Assembly: GCA_045660185.1 (NCBI GenBank)
Contig: JAZRDI010000058.1
Location: 8,385 to 72,384, forward strand
Length of the DNA: 64,000 nucleotides
Direction: 5' to 3'
Source: Eubacteriales bacterium
Lineage (GTDB): Bacteria > Bacillota > Clostridia > Oscillospirales > CAG-272
Shown here one piece after another: positions 7,993 through 14,573 of this stretch. The notes under the pieces were generated by a model, which worked only from the letters and a program-made list of their open reading frames with translations, was not told the origin of the DNA and made no database searches. Numbering within the stretch: the stretch's first letter is position 1; the number at the start of each line of letters is the position of its first letter. The position numbers and the translations under genes were made by a program.

Positions 7993-10074
7993 ATGGAAAA
8001 GGTTTATACCAAAAGTATTCGTAACGTAGCTTTACTCGGACATAGCGGAGGCGGAAAGACCTCTCTTGCGGAGTCAATGCTTTATATCTCAAGACTTACA
8101 GATCGTCTTGGAACTACTGCCGATGGAAATACGGTTTGCGATTACGACCCCGAGGAAATAAAAAGAGGATATTCAGTATCCGCAGCAATGGCACCTATGC
8201 TTTGGAGCGGTACTAAAATAAATATACTTGATACACCCGGTTTCTTTGATTTTGAAGGAGAAGTTCGTCAGTGCGTAAGAGCAGCAGACGCTGCGGTTAT
8301 CGTTGTAGACGGTAAGGCAGGCATTGAGGTAGGAACTGAATCGGCTTGGAATCTTGCAACAGAGGCGGGAATTCCCAAGGCGTTCTTCATTAATAGATTT
8401 GATGACGGCGAAGCAAGATTCTACCGCGTATTCGGTCAGATAAGAGATAAATACGGTGTTACCGTATGTCCCATTCAGATTCCGATTATAGACGGTGATA
8501 CGGTTATTGGATTTGCAAACCTTATTGATATGAAGGTTTATACATTCGAGAAAGCAACCGGTGAATATGCTATTTCTCCCATTCCCGAGAAATTTACCGA
8601 CGTTTGCGACGAATATCATAATATGCTTCTTGAAGCAATCGCGCAGACAAGTGATGAGCTTATGGATAAATTCTTCAACGAAATACCTATTTCGAGAGAA
8701 GAGGCTCTTGAAGCTATTCACGAGGGTATTATAAGAGGTGAGATCGTTCCCGTGTTCTGTGGCGCAGCTACTAAAAACTGGGGAATTAAGACTCTTCTTG
8801 ATACTATCGCCAATTCCTTCCCAAGACCTACCGCTCGCGGAGTGGAAAAGGTTGTTGATGCAGATGGCAATCTTAAGGATATTGAAATCGGTGTTGAAAG
8901 CGCGGATACTTCTATATTCATCTTCAAGACTATCGCCGATCCCTTCGTAGGAAAGATGTCCTTCTTCAAGGTTATGAACGGTGAGCTTAAGAAGGATATG
9001 GTTCTTCGTAACACAACCAACGGTGCAACCGAAAAAATGGGTAAGATATTCATGATGCGCGGTAAAAAGCAGATAGACATCGATGAATTCGCTTGCGGTG
9101 ATATAGGTGTTGTTGCAAAGCTTAACGCTGCCGCAACTAACGATACCTTAACAACTCTTGCAGAAAACGTTAAATACGCTCCCATAGCATTCCCAAAGCC
9201 CTATATGAGCATGGCAATCGCTCCTGCATCAAAGGGTGACGAGGATAAGATTTCGGGCGGTATTACAAGAATACTTGAAGAGGATCTTACCGTTAAATAC
9301 GTTAATAATTCCGAAACCAAGCAGCTCGTTCTTTCTGGACTTGGTGACATTCATCTTGATATAATCGTATCTAAGCTTAAGTCGAGATTCGGCGCTACCG
9401 TAACTCTTTCCAAGCCCAAGCTTGCGTACAGAGAAACAATAAAGGGAACTGCCGACGTTGAAGGAAAGCACAAGAAGCAGTCCGGTGGATCGGGTCAGTA
9501 CGGTCACGTTAAAATTAAATTCTCTCCCGGAGAGGCTGAAGGACTCACGTTCACCGAGAGCGTATTCGGTGGAGCAGTTCCGAAAAACTTCTTCCCCGCA
9601 GTTGAAACAGGACTCAAAGAATGCATGCAGAAGGGTGTTCTTGCGGGCTATCCCGTAGTTAACCTTGCCGCAGAGCTTTACGATGGTTCTTATCACGACG
9701 TTGACTCTAACGAAATCTCCTTCAAGCTTGCCGCTGCTAAGGCTTACCGCGAGGGTCATCCCAAGGCGAAGCCTGTAATTCTTGAGCCCGTTGGCGCGCT
9801 TAAGGTTTGCGTACCCGATAACTACGTTGGTGACGTTATGGGCGATCTTCCCAAACGCCGCGGAAGAGTTCTTGGTATCGAGCCCGTTGAAGACGGAAGA
9901 GGAACTCAAGCAGTTATAGCTGAAGCTCCTATGGCTGAAATGGCAGACTACGTAATTGCTCTTCGTGCTATGACTCAAGGCCGCGGTAGATTCGATATGG
10001 AATTCGTTCGTTACGAAGAAGTTCCCGCACCTATCGCAGAAAAGATTATAGCTGATTCGAAGAAGGAAGCGTAA
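7993..10074 (+). CDS. fusA: Elongation factor G paralog (EF-G2 type), outside the str operon
   Basis: GHSGGGKT, DTPG, KKQSGGSGQYG, DGSYHDVDS and TQGRG motifs; 693 aa. Confidence 0.9.
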   Translation: MEKVYTKSIRNVALLGHSGGGKTSLAESMLYISRLTDRLGTTADGNTVCDYDPEEIKRGYSVSAAMAPMLWSGTKINILDTPGFFDFEGEVRQCVRAADAAVIVVDGKAGIEVGTESAWNLATEAGIPKAFFINRFDDGEARFYRVFGQIRDKYGVTVCPIQIPIIDGDTVIGFANLIDMKVYTFEKATGEYAISPIPEKFTDVCDEYHNMLLEAIAQTSDELMDKFFNEIPISREEALEAIHEGIIRGEIVPVFCGAATKNWGIKTLLDTIANSFPRPTARGVEKVVDADGNLKDIEIGVESADTSIFIFKTIADPFVGKMSFFKVMNGELKKDMVLRNTTNGATEKMGKIFMMRGKKQIDIDEFACGDIGVVAKLNAAATNDTLTTLAENVKYAPIAFPKPYMSMAIAPASKGDEDKISGGITRILEEDLTVKYVNNSETKQLVLSGLGDIHLDIIVSKLKSRFGATVTLSKPKLAYRETIKGTADVEGKHKKQSGGSGQYGHVKIKFSPGEAEGLTFTESVFGGAVPKNFFPAVETGLKECMQKGVLAGYPVVNLAAELYDGSYHDVDSNEISFKLAAAKAYREGHPKAKPVILEPVGALKVCVPDNYVGDVMGDLPKRRGRVLGIEPVEDGRGTQAVIAEAPMAEMADYVIALRAMTQGRGRFDMEFVRYEEVPAPIAEKIIADSKKEA

Positions 10075-10113
10075 TTGTTTAATTTTGATTTAAAATAGTA
10101 CAAAGTAAAAAAT

Positions 10114-10161
10114 AAACCGAGGTTTTCTTAAATTTAATTAGGAAAACCCCGGTTTTTATTT
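10114..10161. terminator. Bidirectional terminator after the EF-G paralog
   Basis: AAACCGAGGTTTTC ... GAAAACCCCGGTTT with flanking A/T tracts. Confidence 0.7.
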
Positions 10162-10251
10162 GTCGAGTGAATTGAAATGTGGTTTTGCTTTCAAATATCT
10201 GTTTTAAGTGCAATATGCGATAGTAGATGTAATATTGTGATATATGTTTCC

Positions 10252-10428
10252 TTATCTTTTATTAATCAATTTAACAGGAATGATAATCCAAAAGAAACAG
10301 ATGAAGAATAGTGCTTTTAGGATACCCTTAACTGCGTCATAGCAAAGAAATTCTCCCATACTTCCAGAATGAACCACTCTTCTTCCGTTGCGTAATTTTG
10401 TAGTTTGATAAATTTTAATTCTTCCCAT
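10252..10428 (-). CDS. Small basic membrane protein (58 aa), function unknown
   Basis: MGRIKIYQTTKLRNGRRVVHSGSMGEFLCYDAVKGILKALFFICFFWIIIPVKLINKR; GGGAG RBS 8 nt upstream; C-terminal hydrophobic helix. Confidence 0.55.
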   Translation of the reverse strand: MGRIKIYQTTKLRNGRRVVHSGSMGEFLCYDAVKGILKALFFICFFWIIIPVKLINKR

Positions 10429-10482
10429 TTGCTTTTCTCCCATTCTTTAGTTTTGATATGACGAAATATATTCGCAGAAAAT

Positions 10483-10691
10483 AAAAAAGTGCGCCGACTG
10501 AAATCAGCGCACAAAAACACAAATTCCAGTCGTCGCCAAACAAACTATATACAGATTGGGTATATTACAACTCTCTCTATACGGAATTTGCATTTTATCA
10601 AATTCAATAAAGAGAGTATTGGTAAAAAAAGGGTATAAGTATCCCTAAAAAAGAAAATACACCCTTGTACTGTATATTTAGTTTGTTTGGC
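10483..10691 (-). ncRNA. Candidate ~209-nt structured RNA or leader ending in an intrinsic terminator
   Basis: Promoter TTGCTT-17-TATAAT at 10698-10726; 20-bp closing stem 10670-10691 / 10535-10554; two internal hairpins; terminator GTGCGCTGAT-TTCA-GTCGGCGCAC-T6. Confidence 0.65.
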
Positions 10692-10697
10692 AATATT

Positions 10698-10726
10698 ATT
10701 ATAGCATATATTATGAGAAAAAGCAA
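10698..10726 (-). promoter_or_regulatory. Sigma-A promoter with extended -10 driving the structured RNA
   Basis: TTGCTT-17nt-TATAAT with TG at the extended -10 position; predicted TSS about 10691. Confidence 0.7.
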
Positions 10727-10760
10727 TAGTAAAATTAATAACTAAAGGGAAACGAGAAAA

Positions 10761-10925
10761 GAGAGAATGGGGTATGGCTATGCGGGGTGTAGATTGTGCG
10801 ATGCGTTCCGCTTTGGTGAAAAGTAGGGCAGAGCACTCCGCATAACGCCAGATATGTTCGCACAGCGAACATATGCGTACCCAGCGCCTTACGGCGCCGG
10901 GTTAGAAGCAGCATTCTCTCCGACA
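10761..10925 (+). repeat. Folded GC-rich element with a degenerate inverted copy of the tRNA-Ser 3' end
   Basis: Nested stems 10761-69/10912-20, 10770-76/10876-82, 10779-90/10833-44, 10852-61/10865-74 and 10884-97. Confidence 0.55.
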
Positions 10926-10928
10926 TAA

Positions 10929-10964
10929 TAAAAATGACACCCCATAAATGAGGTGTCATTTTTA
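10929..10964. terminator. Terminator of tRNA-Ser (symmetric A/T tracts)
   Basis: TAAAAATGACACC ... GGTGTCATTTTTA. Confidence 0.75.
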
Positions 10965-11055
10965 TGGCGGAGAGAATGGGATTCGAACCCATGATACCGG
11001 TTAGGGTATACACGATTTCCAGTCGTGCGCCTTAGACCAACTCGGCCATCTCTCC
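10965..11055 (-). tRNA. tRNA-Ser(GGA)
   Basis: GGAGAGATGGCCGAGTTGGTCTAAGGCGCACGACT-GGA-AATCGTG...GGTTCGAATCCCATTCTCTCCGCCA; long variable arm; encoded CCA. Confidence 0.97.
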
Positions 11056-11068
11056 ACACGACTCATAC

Positions 11069-11097
11069 ATTATAGCAGATAATTTCACAAATGTCAA
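11069..11097 (-). promoter_or_regulatory. Sigma-A promoter of tRNA-Ser
   Basis: TTGACA-17-TATAAT. Confidence 0.85.
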
Positions 11098-11199
11098 GTA
11101 GTTATTGAGAAAATATTTGCTTTTATTTTATTTTTTTGCAGAAAAATAAGTAATTAGAAAAAATATTGAAAAAATATTTAGAATTATCTTAAAATTCAC

Positions 11200-11228
11200 T
11201 TGACAAATTGATAGCTTTTTCATATAAT
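11200..11228 (+). promoter_or_regulatory. Sigma-A promoter of aspartate kinase
   Basis: TTGACA-17-TATAAT; leader too short to hold a lysine riboswitch. Confidence 0.8.
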
Positions 11229-11270
11229 ATAGTATAACGTGTTTAGTTTGCTAAATTGTGAGGAAAAAAT

Positions 11271-12584
11271 ATGAGTCTTAAAGTTTTGAAGTTTGGCGGA
11301 AGTTCATTAGCAGATGCCGAGCAATTTAAAAAAGTTGCTGAAATTATTAAGAGCGAGCCTGAAAGAAGATACGTTGTTGCTTCTGCTCCGGGCAAGAGAT
11401 CAAGCAGTGATACGAAGGTAACGGATCTTCTCTATAAGTGCTACGAGCTTGCATCAGACGAAGAGGATATCTCCGAAGTTTTCGAAGAGGTAAAGAAGAG
11501 ATACAACGATATAATCAAGGATCTTGGTATAGAGCTTGACCTTACCGAGTCATTTAACAAAATCCAAGCATCGTTGCTTCATAACTCTGGTAGAGATTAC
11601 ATTGCTTCGAGAGGAGAGTATCTTAATGCAAAGATACTCGCTAAATATCTCGGCTTCAATTTCATAGATGCTAAAAAAGTTATATTCTTCAAGGAAAACG
11701 GAAGCTTTGATGCGGAAAAGACTAACGATATTCTTTCCGATTATCTTTCAAAATACGAGTATGCCGTAATCCCCGGATTCTATGGCTCGATGCCTAACGG
11801 AACTATCAAGACTTTTAGCCGCGGCGGTTCTGATATAACCGGTTCAATTGTTGCAAGAGCTGCGCGCGCAACTCTTTACGAGAACTGGACGGACGTTTCG
11901 GGATTCTTGATGGCAGACCCGAGATGCATCAGCAATCCAAAGGTTATAGAGAAAATTACTTATAAAGAGCTTCGCGAGCTTTCTTATATGGGCGCAACGG
12001 TTCTTCACGAGGATGCTATTTTCCCGGTAAGATATTCGAAAATACCTATTAATATCAGAAATACCAACAAACCCGAGGATAACGGAACCTTGATCGTTCC
12101 AAGTGCCGATGACGTTCCCGAGAACGTTATTACCGGTATTGCAGGTAAAACAGGCTTCTCAACGATTACCGTTGAGAAGGATATGATGAACGCAGAGCTT
12201 GGATTTGGAAGAAAGGTTCTTCAGGTTATAGAAGAGAACGGACTTTCCTTTGAGCATTTGCCTTCCGGCGTTGATACGTTATCCGTGGTGGTTCATACCA
12301 AGGACCTTACTTCCAAGCGTGGAGATATTACCGCAGGTATTTGCAAAGCGGTTGACCCCGAAAACATCTTTGTTGAAGAAAATCTCGCCCTTATCGCGAT
12401 AGTTGGACGCGGTATGGTAAAAGCGAAGGGAACTGCTGCAAGAATATTTACAGCACTTGCAAATTCGGGTGTTAATATCCGTATGATTGACCAAGGTTCT
12501 TGTGAGCTTAATATTATAGTAGGCGTAGATTCAAACGATTATATAACCGCGCTTAAGGCTATATATAATGAGTTTGTTAAATAA
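11271..12584 (+). CDS. lysC: Aspartate kinase with C-terminal ACT domains
   Basis: KFGGSS, VVASAPGK, FSRGGSD, WTDVSG and ADPR motifs. Confidence 0.93.
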   Translation: MSLKVLKFGGSSLADAEQFKKVAEIIKSEPERRYVVASAPGKRSSSDTKVTDLLYKCYELASDEEDISEVFEEVKKRYNDIIKDLGIELDLTESFNKIQASLLHNSGRDYIASRGEYLNAKILAKYLGFNFIDAKKVIFFKENGSFDAEKTNDILSDYLSKYEYAVIPGFYGSMPNGTIKTFSRGGSDITGSIVARAARATLYENWTDVSGFLMADPRCISNPKVIEKITYKELRELSYMGATVLHEDAIFPVRYSKIPINIRNTNKPEDNGTLIVPSADDVPENVITGIAGKTGFSTITVEKDMMNAELGFGRKVLQVIEENGLSFEHLPSGVDTLSVVVHTKDLTSKRGDITAGICKAVDPENIFVEENLALIAIVGRGMVKAKGTAARIFTALANSGVNIRMIDQGSCELNIIVGVDSNDYITALKAIYNEFVK

Positions 12585-12614
12585 GCTATAAAATTTAATA
12601 AGTTATTAAAATTT

Positions 12615-12646
12615 AAAGGAGAAACCGCAAAAGTTTCTCCTTTTTT
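12615..12646. terminator. Terminator between convergent lysC and flavodoxin-like gene
   Basis: AAAGGAGAAAC ... GTTTCTCCTTTTTT. Confidence 0.7.
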
Positions 12647-12663
12647 ACATATTATATTAGATA

Positions 12664-13086
12664 TTACTTCATAGAAGATCTGATAGATTTAACCCATTCT
12701 CTAACGGTGTTCATCTCATCGTTGCTAACCTTTTTCATAAACTTGAAGGGAAGACCGCCGTTTATGTAAAGAATGTTATCGTCAATAACGTTAGCGTCAT
12801 TGGTTTTAGCCATCTCTACGATGCTTGCAGCGTTTTCGGGAGTACCGTCAATAATAAATGCAACGTTTGCAGCGAGTGTTTTCTTAAGTGATCTAACGAA
12901 AAGACCAAAGCTTTCGGGCATCTTGGGCTTTGCTGTAGCAACGATAACTACAAGTCTTTCACCATCGCATGGGTAAGCCGATGGAATGGTATCGGTAGCC
13001 TTATCAGCTTCAATGAGCTTTGTAACTTCGTCTGCGATTGCAAGAAGCTTGCCTTTGTTTGTATGAGTAAGAACTCTCATTCTCAT
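12664..13086 (-). CDS. Divergent flavodoxin-fold protein
   Basis: About 140 aa alpha/beta pattern with flavodoxin-like C-terminal helix (EMNTVREWVKSI); GGAGG RBS; own TTGATT-17-TATAAT promoter. Confidence 0.55.
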   Translation of the reverse strand: MRMRVLTHTNKGKLLAIADEVTKLIEADKATDTIPSAYPCDGERLVVIVATAKPKMPESFGLFVRSLKKTLAANVAFIIDGTPENAASIVEMAKTNDANVIDDNILYINGGLPFKFMKKVSNDEMNTVREWVKSIRSSMK

Positions 13087-13227
13087 AGTGAAAAAATCCT
13101 CCAAATAATAAAATTTACTTTATAATTATAACATATAAAAAATGAAAAATCAAGGATAAAAAGACATTATTAGTTCAAAAGTTTTTGTACTTATTTTGTA
13201 AACAGAAAATCAGACAGATAACCGTGT

Positions 13228-13340
13228 GGGAAGGGAAGAAGGGGAGAATGGGAGAATGGGAGAAGAGGAGAAGAGTAGAAGAGTAGAAGAGTAGAAGGGT
13301 AGAAGGGTAGAGTAATGAATAATGAAAGATGAAAGAGTGA
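13228..13340 (+). repeat. Polypurine tandem array: ten drifting 8-mers followed by 7-mer-like units
   Basis: GGGAAGGG AAGAAGGG (GAGAATGG)2 (GAGAAGAG)2 (TAGAAGAG)2 (TAGAAGGG)2, then AATGAAT AATGAAA GATGAAA. Confidence 0.9.
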
Positions 13341-13425
13341 ACCGTACCTACTAAAAAGGGCACTCGGAAAAATACAAAAAAGGCACCTAAAACAGTGTAA
13401 AAAGCAAGTACACAATACACCTCAC

Positions 13426-13561
13426 GGCAATCTATCTTATAGTGTAATAAGTAATTAGAGGTTAGTAATTAGTAACAAGGAATAACCGGTCCATACTACA
13501 CTATCGAGATAGCAAATAATAAATATCGTAATATGGAAAGTTTAATATAAGATAGATTACC
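13426..13561. repeat. 136-bp segment bounded by 16-bp inverted repeats
   Basis: GGCAATCTATCTTATA ... TATAAGATAGATTACC (15/16 complementary). Confidence 0.6.
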
Positions 13562-13697
13562 TATTACACCCTACTCTCAGATTATTATTTATTAATGAAT
13601 CGCTATTGTGCTCGCCGGCGCATTTCTTTGAAAAGCAAGATAAAGCCGTATGGGGCTTAAAATGGCTTGAAGAGCGCAGGGTAGCGCAGTATATTCT

Positions 13698-13725
13698 ATT
13701 ATACAAAACTAATATTTTGTATAAT
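13698..13725. other. Perfect 11-6-11 palindrome; candidate dif-like recombination site or operator
   Basis: ATTATACAAAA-CTAATA-TTTTGTATAAT. Confidence 0.4.
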
Positions 13726-14115
13726 CAAGGGAAGCAAAATTCCTAAAAATGTGATTTTCTGCTATAATTTATATCTTTGTTATTCAATATGTGCTAAAAC
13801 GTTAACTTTTTGAGGCTTTTTTGATGCTTTAGTTCTCTTACCTTTTATTTTTATGGGATTAGGCGTTTTTTTGCTTGTTTTTGTAATTTTGCATACATAT
13901 TTACTGACAATAAGTATAGTTAAAAAATATATATACATCGATTTATAAATGTGCGATTGATATTTATAATTAAAAAATGCGAGCTTTTTACAACGGTAGT
14001 AACTATGCGAGGTTGAAAAATAATGAGAAGTTTTTATAATTAAAAACGTAATGATTAAAGCATACGAACATTTAGAACGGACTTTTTAAATTTTTAGATT
14101 TAAAAAATAAATTGC

Positions 14116-14144
14116 TTGAAAAATCCTTCCTTTTGTTGTATAAT
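14116..14144 (+). promoter_or_regulatory. Sigma-A promoter with no downstream annotated CDS
   Basis: TTGAAA-17-TATAAT preceded by an A/T-rich UP-like tract. Confidence 0.7.
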
Positions 14145-14149
14145 ATAGT

Positions 14150-14235
14150 GTGTAATTACAGACGGTTATGGATAACGTTGGTGCTTTGGCGGAAAATGCA
14201 TCAAAAAAAGCAGGGAAGTCTTCCCTACCTTTTTT
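14150..14235 (+). ncRNA. Candidate ~85-nt sRNA
   Basis: Bounded by the promoter above and terminator AGGGAA-GTC-TTCCCT plus T6; two internal hairpins. Confidence 0.5.
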
Positions 14236-14246
14236 AATATAAACAT

Positions 14247-14516
14247 TCAAGCTTTGGGTGAAAATTTCTTGTTTTGATACTTCTTTCTTGTAGCTTCACC
14301 GCCTCTCAAGTGTCTTTCGGATTTATTAAGGTCTAAAATTTCCTTAACGCTCTTATAAAGCGATGAGTTGTAATATTTAAGCTTATAAGCGAGATCCTTA
14401 TGTACAGTGCTTTTGCTCATTCCAAAATGTGCCGCCGCGCCCCTTACGGTGTCCCCGGTTTCTATGACGTATCGAGCAATAATCTCCGAGCGTTCTCTGC
14501 CGTAAAATCTATCCAT
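14247..14516 (-). CDS. spoIIID: Stage III sporulation transcription factor SpoIIID
   Basis: TVRGAAAHFGMSKSTVHKDL ... NKSERHLRGGEATRKKY signature. Confidence 0.95.
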   Translation of the reverse strand: MDRFYGRERSEIIARYVIETGDTVRGAAAHFGMSKSTVHKDLAYKLKYYNSSLYKSVKEILDLNKSERHLRGGEATRKKYQNKKFSPKA

Positions 14517-14573
14517 TATAAAAATCTCCGTTGGTGCATTGATAGTACAATATATGAAAGGTCTATAGATATA

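Noticed and set aside
9229..9978. 249-aa antisense ORF, and similar long antisense ORFs inside pgi, oadA, ftsH, rplI and ychF
   Set aside because: Shadow ORFs opposite strongly codon-biased genes; no RBS or recognisable motifs
10735..11013. 92-aa ORF overlapping tRNA-Ser
   Set aside because: Starts inside the tRNA and crosses its terminator; no RBS
11229..11270. Lysine riboswitch upstream of aspartate kinase
   Set aside because: The promoter lies about 40 nt from the ATG, leaving no room for an aptamer
13228..13340. CRISPR array
   Set aside because: 8-nt units with no unique spacers; no cas genes in the window
13175..13420. Two short minus-strand ORFs (81 and 74 aa)
   Set aside because: They are translations of the polypurine microsatellite (repetitive STLLLF)
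13100..14246. oriC
   Set aside because: No perfect TTATCCACA; only 2-3 relaxed boxes seen; no dnaA, dnaN or gidA neighbours
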